Source of the DNA: an uncultured Acidobacteriota bacterium
GTDB taxonomy: Bacteria > Acidobacteriota > Blastocatellia > RBC074
Reading direction: 5' to 3'
Assembly: GCA_963796275.1 (NCBI GenBank)
Contig: CAWCKY010000007.1
Coordinates: 896,001 to 960,000, forward strand
Length of the DNA: 64,000 bases
The stretch's first letter is position 1. Each line of letters begins with the position of its first letter. Shown piece after piece: positions 50,603 to 60,200 of the stretch. The notes beneath the pieces were generated by a model that saw nothing but the letters and a program-made list of their open reading frames with translations, was not told the DNA's origin and did not search any database. The translations under genes and the position numbers were made by a program.

Positions 50603-53164
50603 TCACAGATGAATACTCAATCCCTCAGATTCGGAATACGAAATTATCAGCCTCTGCCCGGGCTGGACCTCTTCGGCGATCAACATCTTCGCGATGGGCG
50701 CCAGCGCCAACCGCTGAAGCGTGCGTTCGACCGGGCGAGCGCCGTATATCGGATCATAGGCTTTCTGGGCGAGATAGGTCATGGCTCCGGATTCGATTTC
50801 GAGTTCGACCTCGTGTTCTTCGACAAGTTTTTTGCGCAGGTCATTCATGTTTCGGGCGACTATCTGTTCCAGGACAGGTTCGTCGAGAGAATTGAAGCAT
50901 ATGACTTCATCGAATCGGTTGTAGAGCTCGGGCCTGAGGCTGGCCTTGACCACCTCCACGATGATCTCGGTCTTCTTCTGCAAATCATCGGTCAGTTCGT
51001 TAGCCTCACGAACTCCGAGGTTCGAAGTGCAGACGACCATTGCGCTGGAGAAGTCGCAGAAACGACCCTTTGCATCCGTCAATCGACCTTCGCCGAGCAC
51101 ACCGAGCAGAAGGTCGTGGACCTCGCTGGCGCCCTTCTCCACCTCATCGAAGAGCACGACGGAATATGGCTGTCGCCGCACGCGTTCGGTCAGGAACCCA
51201 CCCTCATCCGAGCCGACGAGCCCCGGACGAGAGCCGATGAGGCCGGCGATGGAGCTGCTGTCTTTGTATTCGGCCATATCGACCCGGATCAAACTATCTT
51301 CATCGTCGAAGAGCGCTTCCGCCAGGGCCTTGGTCATCTCGGTCTTGCCGACGCCGGTCGGGCCGACGAAGAGGAACGATGCGGGGCGCCTGGTGCGCCG
51401 CAGGTCGGTGCGCATCTGCCGCGCCGCGCTGGCTGCCAGCTCTATGGCTTGCGGCTGGCCGAAGACGCGGCCGCCGATACGCTCTTCGAGTTTCATCATT
51501 CGTTCGCGTTCCGACTCGAACAATCGCGCCACGGGTATGCGGGCGCGGCGGGCGACGACTTCCGCGATCTGCTCTTTGCCGACCTCCTGCGGGACCAGCC
51601 CCCCATCTCGTTCAATCTCGGCGACATCGCGCTCGAGGTCCGCCAGCTGTTGTTCGAGGAATTTCAGGCTGCCATAACGGATCTCCGCCGCACGCGCGAT
51701 CTCCCCGCGCGCCTCGGCAGCCTCCAGCGCCACGCGCTGTTCCTCGATCGCCTGCTTCGTCTTCTGCAGGTTGGCATTCGCATTTCGCTCCCGCTGCCAT
51801 CGCCCCTTCAGCTCGTCGAGCTTAGCCTTCATCTCCGCGGCCTCTCCCTCTTTCGACCGTATGGCGGAGGGGTCTTCTTTGCGCAGAATTTCTAACTCGC
51901 CCTGAGTTCTGACGTACTTTCGTTCGAGTTCATCGATCGCGTTCGGCTTCGACTCCAGCTGCATCCGGATGCGTGATGTCGCTTCGTCGATCACGTCGAT
52001 CGCTTTGTCTGGCAAGAAGCGGTCGCGCAGGTAGCGGCGCGAGAGTTTGACCGCCAGCACCAGGCTCTCGTCAGGCAGGCGCACAGCGTGGTGGGCCTCG
52101 TAATACGGGCGCACGCCGCGCAGGATGGCGAGCGCCGTCTCGTCATCGGGCTCCTCAACGACCACGCGTTCGAAGCGCCGCGCCAGCGCGCCGTCCTTCT
52201 CGATACGTTCGCGGTATTCGTCGTATGTCGTCGCGCCGATGCACCGCAGTTCGCCGCGAGCGAGCGCCGGTTTCAGGATGTTCGCAGCGTCAAGGCCGCC
52301 GGCATTACCGCCCGCGCCTACCAGCGTGTGCAGTTCGTCGAGAAAAAGAATGATCTCGCCCTGGCGCGCTGTGACCTCGTCAACCACGCTCTTTATGCGC
52401 TCCTCGAATTCGCCGCGGTATTTTGCACCTGCGACCAGAAGCGTCAGGTCGAGCGCATACAACCGGCACGCTTTCAGCGAATCGGGAACGTCGCCCGCGA
52501 CTATCCGCTGGGCGAGCCCCTCAACTATCGCCGATTTCCCCGTGCCCGGATCGCCGACCAGAACCGGATTGTTCTTCGTCTTTCTGAGAAGAGTCTGGAT
52601 GACGAAGCGGATCTCCTGGTCGCGCCCGACGACCGGCATAAACTTCCCCTGCCGCGCGAGTTCGCACAGATCGCGTCCGAATCGCTCGAGCATAGAGCCC
52701 GGATCAGATCGCTTCCCGAGCACCTCGCCCGTATTGCTCTTCGCCTGCGCCGCCTTCTTCACCGCTTCCGTCTGCAACCCCGCATCGCGCAAAGTCGAGC
52801 GCAGTCCATCCTCGCCGCCTTCCAGCGCCGCGGTCAGGAAATCCGATGGCTCGACCAATTCGGAGGTTCGGCGTTCCGCGATATTGAACGCGACGTCGAT
52901 CAGATCGCGCAGAGCCTTGCCGGCCACGGGACGTTTACCGGGCTCAAGCCTGACGGCGCGATCTTCATTGGCACTCAGGAGATCGAGCACGCGCGCGCGG
53001 CTGAGATTCAGCTTCTCGGCCATGGCTGCGAGCGCGCCGTTCGTATCGAGCATGACGTGAAGCAGATGAACGGGAGTCATGAACGCTTCGCCGCGCCGTT
53101 CGGCAAAATGCCGCGCGTCTTCCAGCGCGCGTTCGAATTCTAGGGAAAGCTTATCTAGCTCCAT
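50603..53164 (-). CDS. ClpB/ClpV-type AAA+ ATPase (probable T6SS TssH)
   Basis: Clp N-domain; Walker A motifs GDPGTGKS and GPTGVGKT; GAKYRGEFEER; coiled-coil M domain with AAEIRYG; lies inside the tssG/tssK operon. Start reassigned to MELDKL. Confidence 0.88.
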   Translation of the reverse strand: MELDKLSLEFERALEDARHFAERRGEAFMTPVHLLHVMLDTNGALAAMAEKLNLSRARVLDLLSANEDRAVRLEPGKRPVAGKALRDLIDVAFNIAERRTSELVEPSDFLTAALEGGEDGLRSTLRDAGLQTEAVKKAAQAKSNTGEVLGKRSDPGSMLERFGRDLCELARQGKFMPVVGRDQEIRFVIQTLLRKTKNNPVLVGDPGTGKSAIVEGLAQRIVAGDVPDSLKACRLYALDLTLLVAGAKYRGEFEERIKSVVDEVTARQGEIILFLDELHTLVGAGGNAGGLDAANILKPALARGELRCIGATTYDEYRERIEKDGALARRFERVVVEEPDDETALAILRGVRPYYEAHHAVRLPDESLVLAVKLSRRYLRDRFLPDKAIDVIDEATSRIRMQLESKPNAIDELERKYVRTQGELEILRKEDPSAIRSKEGEAAEMKAKLDELKGRWQRERNANANLQKTKQAIEEQRVALEAAEARGEIARAAEIRYGSLKFLEQQLADLERDVAEIERDGGLVPQEVGKEQIAEVVARRARIPVARLFESERERMMKLEERIGGRVFGQPQAIELAASAARQMRTDLRRTRRPASFLFVGPTGVGKTEMTKALAEALFDDEDSLIRVDMAEYKDSSSIAGLIGSRPGLVGSDEGGFLTERVRRQPYSVVLFDEVEKGASEVHDLLLGVLGEGRLTDAKGRFCDFSSAMVVCTSNLGVREANELTDDLQKKTEIIVEVVKASLRPELYNRFDEVICFNSLDEPVLEQIVARNMNDLRKKLVEEHEVELEIESGAMTYLAQKAYDPIYGARPVERTLQRLALAPIAKMLIAEEVQPGQRLIISYSESEGLSIHL

Positions 53165-53310
53165 AGTAAAGATAATCAAAAGGCCAAAGGAAAAAGGCAA
53201 AAATCAAAATGTCGGATTTTCTGTCTTTATTATCTGACTTCCATGCTTACGTATCCGTCTTTTGATTATTGTCTCTCTCCTTCTGCCCTCTGCCTTTGAT
53301 TTCAGGGTTA

Positions 53311-55004
53311 TTACTCTAGCCGCCTGCGTTTCTTCGGCTGATCTTGGTCGAATGTACGCGGTTGTTCTGTCCTCTCTTCTGTCGGCCATGATTCGGATAA
53401 TCTGTTGTTCGTTTCCTGGGGTGCGACCGCCAGCTTCGGAACCAGAGGCGGCGGCTCTGGCGGAGGCGGTACCGCCTGCGCAACCCGCGACGCTCCGGGC
53501 GTGATGAGGCGCCGCCTGTACAGCAGGCAACTGCGAATGCGATAAGCCGAATTGACGGTCACACGCACATCGGAGATCGTATGTATTTCGGGTGGGAGCC
53601 TGAAATCGACTGCGAAGTTGCGCTGATCGTATAATTCAGACTTCGCCTTCGGATATATCGGTTCATGGCCCTGCCCCGCCCCCTGATTGATCTGCACTAT
53701 TGTGGCGATGCTATCGCCCACGTCGAATTGCGCATCATTATCGCGGATCAATACGATACGAAAGTTTTGACGACCGTCCAGTCGCAGCGGCGCAAAGACG
53801 AACGATAGGTCATCACCGTAAATCTGTGGGCGCGCCGGCCGCGACTGGGTCTCAAAAAGAGCGGATCTTCGGTACGGCGATCGAAGAAGAATGGCAGCGC
53901 TTCCAGCGCCGTGCTCACGCGATAATCGAGATATTTGCCCTCCAGCGCCTCTTCCAGTCGCCGCAGCCTGTTCAACGCCGCTTCGATGCGCGACACGTCC
54001 TCGCTCAGGTTGTCGTGTATCGTCAATTCGCGGTTGGCCAGCAGTGCCTGCTGCTCCTGCTCGAGCAGTGAGCTGAACTCCGTCATGCCCAACGCCACCA
54101 ACTCTCTGAAATATTCGCGCGTCGGAGGGCTGAGATCGAGATAGACCGATGCGCTGCGAACCACGCGATAGAGTTTCTGAAGAAATTGCCGCGGCGGCTG
54201 CAACGGGTCGAGGACATCGTAGATGCTCGACTCGAGCGCTATCACCATCCTCCCGACGAATTGCAGCACCTCGTTATCTCCGCCGGTCGGAATATAACTT
54301 CCCGCAGCGATAGCGATGTATTCGACGATCGCCTTATGCAATTGCAGGTAACGTTCGCTGAGCGAGATGATCTGGTCGCGCAGCCGTTCCCAGGCTCGCT
54401 TCAGCTCGCTATGACCGATGAGCGTCGTACAGACCGGGATGAGACCTGGGATGCGTTCGTAACGAATACTGCCTTCAGCCTTGCGCAATCGGCTGACCAT
54501 CAAACTATGCGTCGCCTCGGCGGCCGTCACGTCCAACTGCAGGCGGTAACGCTGTCGCCGCGTCGATTTGACCTGCGGATTGGCCGGATCCTCGTAACCG
54601 TTTTCGATGACCTTATCGTGCGGCTCGCCGACGATGTAGACGCCTATCTCCTGATGGCCTTCGATCTGTGATTTGGGAAACGAGTTGTCTATCGCGTTCG
54701 ACGGAGAGATTTCGATGATGTCGCCCGAAGGAGTGATGCCGCGGCACTGGGTGACCGAAACCTTGACTGCCTCGCCGTCATCGTCGACACTGATGACCGG
54801 ATCATGCTTGGCCGCCCCGCGTTCAGCCGGTTCCGCCCTCGCTCCGGATCCGACCAGCCCGTATCCATCTAAACCATAGTGGATCGCCCATAACAACGCC
54901 GAATCGAAATACTTCTCCTGCCTCAGAAAATGCTCCGGCGTGAGCAGCATCCCCTGCGTCCAGTTGACGGAGCCGAGATTTATATCTTTGTCATTCATGT
55001 TCAT
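53311..55004 (-). CDS. tssK: T6SS baseplate TssK-like protein with C-terminal extension, split by one frameshift near 53856
   Basis: N-terminus VNWTQGMLLTPEHFLRQE is a TssK signature; QCRGITPSG; IPVCTTL. Adding one T to the minus-strand T-run joins it to ORF 53311-53751 (ETQSRPARPQIYGDDL...). Confidence 0.7.
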
Positions 55005-55027
55005 TCATTTTCATTTCATACATAAAT

Positions 55028-55939
55028 TTACCGACTTCCCAGGTGGCTATTGATGCCCAGGACCGCATTCTCGATCTCGATCCCGAGGCGGGGGCCGCGG
55101 TCGACATCGCCCGTCAACCATTTGAACCGATAGACCCAGTGATAGGGGGCTACCAGGCGCATCACCTGATCGATTCGCCGCTGGCCCTCGCCCGTCTGGT
55201 GACGGCGAAACTTTTCGAGCGTCTCTGCGCGTAATGTAATCTCCATCAACGCCTCGTCGTCGATCCCGTCGCCGACGATCATATCCACTCCCAGACGACT
55301 GGCGCGCGCCCCGAGCGATGAGCGATCCGATGGATCCATGAGCGTGCGGCGCGCGCGCCACGTGATCGACGCTATTTCAAGCTCGAGCAGCATTCGCATC
55401 GACAGCCGCAGACCCGATTCGCGCCCGGTCAAATAACGCAGACATGGCAGGAGGATCGCCAACTTGTACCATCTCTCTTTCGGCCAGTCTTCCGGCTCGA
55501 TGCCGAATAACTTTATCCAGCGCGCGCATCCTACTGGATTCGACGGCCGCACGTCGAAGAAGAGGCCGCCCAGACGCATATAGACAGCAGCCTTCTCGAC
55601 CGCATCGTCAAAGATCGATACCATCTCACGCGTTCCGATCTCGCCGTCGTTGGACGATTCCTGCATTCCGACCGGCAGGTGATAGAACATACTGTCGCCT
55701 TCGACGGTCAGTTCTACTACCATCTCCTGTGTGAGCGGTGTACCTGGAACCGGTTGCTGATCAATGACGCGCGACTGCGCCCATCCACGCCCCGCCTTCC
55801 TGATCGTAATGCGATCGGTCCCGATGCCCACGCGCAACAATGCCAGGAGCGCCGAGTCGACGGTGTGATGAAATCCGTGACGTGGTCGGATCAAGTCCGG
55901 CATAGACTCATCTATTTCAAACTCTTCGGGTGGCATCAA
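55028..55939 (-). CDS. tssG: T6SS baseplate TssG-like protein with PASTA-like N-terminal segment
   Basis: MFYHLPVGM, IFDDAVEK, GRESGLRLSMRMLL, SSLGARASRLGVDMIVGD, PRLG...VLGINSHLG; directly upstream of the tssK-like gene. Confidence 0.65.
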   Translation of the reverse strand: MMPPEEFEIDESMPDLIRPRHGFHHTVDSALLALLRVGIGTDRITIRKAGRGWAQSRVIDQQPVPGTPLTQEMVVELTVEGDSMFYHLPVGMQESSNDGEIGTREMVSIFDDAVEKAAVYMRLGGLFFDVRPSNPVGCARWIKLFGIEPEDWPKERWYKLAILLPCLRYLTGRESGLRLSMRMLLELEIASITWRARRTLMDPSDRSSLGARASRLGVDMIVGDGIDDEALMEITLRAETLEKFRRHQTGEGQRRIDQVMRLVAPYHWVYRFKWLTGDVDRGPRLGIEIENAVLGINSHLGSR

Positions 55940-56019
55940 GATATCCCAACAACCACGTTTTCCTGGATCGAAACCGAAAATCTACAACTCACTGAATCAT
56001 GTTCACCTGTTTCTATAAG

Positions 56020-56484
56020 CTATCCGCATAAAACAGCCACTGCATAACCTCTCTTGGCTGCCTCTCTGATCGCTGACTCAAAGGCGTAATAAACTGTTTC
56101 TACATACTTCTCTCTTTTTTTCAAAAATCGCTCGACCTCATTCTCTGAGATCGCTTCGTAGCTATCATTCAGATCTTTAACAACCGCCGGCTTGAAATAT
56201 CCAAAATCCGGATAATCGTCATTATCGGGATCCAGTAGATTATGGGGAGAATTCGCAAAAGAAAATGTTGGCATCAAATCCGTCCCCCCCGTCACTAGTT
56301 GATCGATCGATTCCAAAGCCTCCGCAAGCGGTAAAAAATCCAACGAGATCATTTCCCATTGACTTCCCACCTCTTTTACCTTGGCCAAGAGTTTCTCGTA
56401 CTTCTCCACTTCAGAAAGCCCCGGAAGAGCCATCGGTAACTTACCCTCGTCGACTACATAAAGGAGGTATGTGTCATTCATCAA
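56020..56484 (-). CDS. Acidic hypothetical protein, candidate second immunity protein (DUF1877-like)
   Basis: 154 aa, acidic, overlaps the preceding immunity gene; FGYFKPAVVKDL...EAAKRGYAVAVL; AT-richer than the flanks. Confidence 0.55.
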   Translation of the reverse strand: MMNDTYLLYVVDEGKLPMALPGLSEVEKYEKLLAKVKEVGSQWEMISLDFLPLAEALESIDQLVTGGTDLMPTFSFANSPHNLLDPDNDDYPDFGYFKPAVVKDLNDSYEAISENEVERFLKKREKYVETVYYAFESAIREAAKRGYAVAVLCG

Positions 56485-57256
56485 TCGACCCCAATAAATG
56501 CAAAGGGAGGTAATCAGATTTCACGGTTACATCCATCTGCTTTTCACGCCCCAGCTGGGCCAGCATCAATCCCGGCAAACAGATCAACCCTTCGTACATC
56601 AAGCGATACTCTCCGCGTAATGCTTCCCACTTATGAGCTTCAACCAAATCCGTTATTGCCCTATGAAAAGCCGGCTGGTCGCTATCCATGATCGCCTTGA
56701 CCCCTCTGATCTTGGGCAGCAGGAATTTCATCTCTTCTTTCGATGCTCGATCCGATGAACAGTACACTTCCAGTCTCTGTATCTCGTCCTCAGCCCAAGC
56801 GCCCTCAGCTACGTATCGTTTCTCAACCTCTAAAAAATCAGCCCTTATTAGATACTCACCATGCTCGGGGAAGTTATATTGCCACCGTTGTATCCCGGCC
56901 AGCTCTCTTCTCAGCTCTCTTTTCCCGAAACAGACAGCCAGGTCTATGGTCTTTTCAAAATCACCGACAAACCGAGTTTCCATCTCTCTTGGCTCGGCTC
57001 GTTTCGAGAGGAACATGACATAAAAATCTGCCGCGCTTCTCATGTGGGAAACGATCTCTTCTTTCGGCGCCTGCTGCTGGTAAAGCAGCATACCAGTTTC
57101 AAAATTTAATTCCGCCAGCTTTTCGAGATGTTTCAGGCTCTCGCTCGCATCACCAGAGGCTTCCAGCTTGGCTACCCGGCGAGGAATAATTTCGAGATTA
57201 TCTTTAATCTCCTCTTGGGCATTTTCGTCCGATATTTTGTTAAGTTTTAACCCCAT
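56474..57256 (-). CDS. Immunity protein, Imm49-like
   Basis: Directly downstream of the RHS toxin; C-terminal FHRAITDLVEAH...GLICLPGLMLAQL...VKSDYLPLHLL fits the Imm49 pattern. Confidence 0.72.
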   Translation of the reverse strand: MGLKLNKISDENAQEEIKDNLEIIPRRVAKLEASGDASESLKHLEKLAELNFETGMLLYQQQAPKEEIVSHMRSAADFYVMFLSKRAEPREMETRFVGDFEKTIDLAVCFGKRELRRELAGIQRWQYNFPEHGEYLIRADFLEVEKRYVAEGAWAEDEIQRLEVYCSSDRASKEEMKFLLPKIRGVKAIMDSDQPAFHRAITDLVEAHKWEALRGEYRLMYEGLICLPGLMLAQLGREKQMDVTVKSDYLPLHLLGSIDE

Positions 57257-57292
57257 AATTGATCTTTCCCCATGCAGTTACTAGCATGATCA

Positions 57293-60200
57293 TCAGTTGT
57301 AGATGCCTCCGTCCGGAACTGGCAACTCGCGCGTCGAGCCATCCGGTTGAGATTGAACAACCATGCCCCTAACCTTCGGTGGCGGGCCATTTTTCATGGC
57401 TTTCTGGATATCTTTCGCCACTGGATTTCCAGATTTAGCCCACTCATCCGCGGAATTCTTCACCCATTTTTGACTCATTTGCGGCCCTTTCTTCGCCTTT
57501 GTGCTGAGTTCAGCGCCTGGTCCCTTTGCTTCGACAACCATATATTCAGTGACTTCGCCCGCTGCGTTTCGTTTAACGTAGACCTGATCATAGCCGGTCC
57601 CCGGAGCAAATCCACTCACCATCTCATACCCCGGATGGTTCTGCCTCATGTGTCTCGCCGTCCCGGTTTCACCTATGGCCTCTGTAACTTTCGCTTTGTA
57701 ACCGCCCTGAGATTGTTTACTTGCCCCTCGCTGCCTCGCCCTATCCGTTTTCCTCTTGTATTTTCTCTGGTGAGCTCCGACATCCTGCATATGCTGTGCG
57801 AAGACGGGTCTGGGATTCCTGGCGATTCTTCTTTGACGATTTAATTTCTTCCATTGCGCTCTGGTCATACTCCGAGGGACCGACACGTCTGTCCTCGATG
57901 GTCGACCGTCACCGTCACCACGACTCCTGCTTCGAGCCGGACCGCCCGGATGAAGCCCTAGAATGTCGACTCCAGTCAGCGGATTGGCCAGATAGGCATA
58001 GAGATTATAGCCGCCCGCTATTCCCAAGGGATCGCACTGCAAATAGCGCCCGAGTTCCGGGTCATAATACCGGAATCGATTATAGTGCAGCCCAACCTCG
58101 GCATCATAATAATGCCCTGGAAATCGGAGGTTGATATCATCCGAATTGCCAGATTCAACTCGGATCGCGCCATATGAAAAGACTTCACCCTCCCAGATGG
58201 TTCTTCCAGATTTATCTTCTAATCGCTCTGGCACACCTAGCTGATTGGTGAAAAGATATTTTATTACTCCGCTTTCCGGTTCTGCATCGAGGCTTGCATA
58301 CTCGACAAACAGAAAAGGTACCAACGCTTCCACATCCGCATACACATAGATGCGAACGTATCCATCATCTCTGATCTCACCCGATAATCGATCATGATCC
58401 CAGTAATACTCGGTCTTCTGTCCCTTCCAGCGTTTCCAGATTCTCCGACCGAGCACGTCATATTCGGCTCTCCACTCGCGGCCATTCATTGAGATCCCGA
58501 TGATTTGATCGAAAGAGTCGTATTCATAGCGCATTGTCCTCTTTTCACTCTCACGCAGCGTGACATTGTCGCGTTTATCATATTGGAACTTCTCGCCGTT
58601 GGCTTGCTTGAGCTTATTTCCGGATCCGACCCGTACGCCATCCAGTCCTGGCTGCAAGACCAGATTCCCTGCTTCATCGTTAGCATATAGTTCGGTCCTC
58701 CCGTCCCCGCGCTCTGCGATCTTCAACCTGTGCGCCGCATCGTAATGATATTTCACCGTCCCGCGCCTGCTGTCTTCGACCTGCAATAGATCGCCAGCCC
58801 CACTGTAGCGGTAGTTTCTGACATGTAGCTTCCCCTCAGCCATAGCCGCTACTTTACGCAGACATCGTCCTCCGGAATCATACTGACTCAGTTCCCTGGT
58901 TCCGTTGCCCAGTTCCTTAAGGATCAACCCATTATTACTGAAGTGAAATGTGTGTGCGCCACCTGTCGGATCGTTTATGACGAGGTTGCCGTTATACCCT
59001 CTTCTGTACGCGATGACAAACTTTCCAAATATCGTGGTGGAGAACAAACTATCCCCAATGAATTCGTGTTCAACCCCTAATCCATTGCGGATGTCCTTGA
59101 TCAGCCGTCCCTCCTCGTCGTAATCGAATGACATCCGGGCACGACGTGTCTGTGCTCTGATAATCTGGCCGCGTTTGTTGTACTCAAATTGATAAACTTC
59201 ACCATCAGCAAACCGCTGAATACGATCGAGCCGCCCAAATCCTGGTTCACGATCTAGCAGTCTTCGCCCCCTGCCATCCAGTTTTTCGATCAGATTGTCA
59301 GCTTCGTCATAGCGGTAAATGTCATAGGCGACTCCATCGCGCCGCACCTCGACCAGCCTGTCCTTCTTGTCGTAGACGAAGTCGTGAACGACTCCACCCG
59401 CATCGATAAACTGGGTTATCTCTTCAGTTGGTGAATATTTAAATGTGCAAGTGCTGCCGACAGGATCGGTTTCGCCATGGAGAAGATTCCAAGACGTGTA
59501 CGCTCTGCGGCGTATTCCGCCATCGCCATCGACGTACAAAACCTCATTCCCTTCTTCATCGTACTCCCAATGCTCAACCGAGCCGTCTTCATTTCGCCGC
59601 TCAATCAACCGCCCCAGCAGATCATAATTCTCTTGTGGAATCGATCGCTGGTACCTATTTGATCCGGCATTCCATGATTGCGCGAGCTCAGAAGCGACTT
59701 CCGGAAAACCTTCCAGTAGAGGATCATTCGTAGAAACAAGTTTGATAAACTCCCGGTCCAGCAGATCGCCGAACTCCCATTCGAGCGGTGTTTCGGGTAC
59801 CCTGTGTTCCAGTGGATCTGCTGGATGCGGCTCCAAATCCAGCGGCGGCGCCCAATATCCCCACGGGTCTCGCCTGCCCGTGTGCGCTCCCTGCTCATCA
59901 TATAGAAGATCAGTCGGATTGCCCGCCGGATCGAGCTCACGGCTGACTAATCCAGTATCCGGGTCAATGAGACGGTGGTGCGTTCCGCCATAAGGATCGG
60001 TGATCTTGGCTATCGTTCCCAGTTCGTTGTACTCGTATTCCCAACTGCCTCCGTCGGAATACTTCACCACCGTCGCATTGTCTTCCGGATAATATTTCAG
60101 CCACCCTTCGTACATTCCGTCTTCCCCGCTCGTATAGACGCAACGCCCCTGTTCATCGTACTGATACCGATAACTGTATCCGCGCCGGTCGGTCTTGCGC

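Noticed and set aside
50609-53143. Long plus-strand ORFs opposite the Clp ATPase
   Set aside because: Typical antisense open frames of high-GC clp genes.
50603-53164. Housekeeping clpB
   Set aside because: It has a ClpB-like M domain, but it is divergent and embedded in the tssG/tssK operon, so a TssH role is more likely. Gene symbol withheld.
53165-53300. Purine-rich heptamer-like repeats (AAAGGC/AGGCAGA) as a CRISPR array or other system
   Set aside because: Short, degenerate low-complexity intergenic repeats without a repeat-spacer structure; no cas genes.
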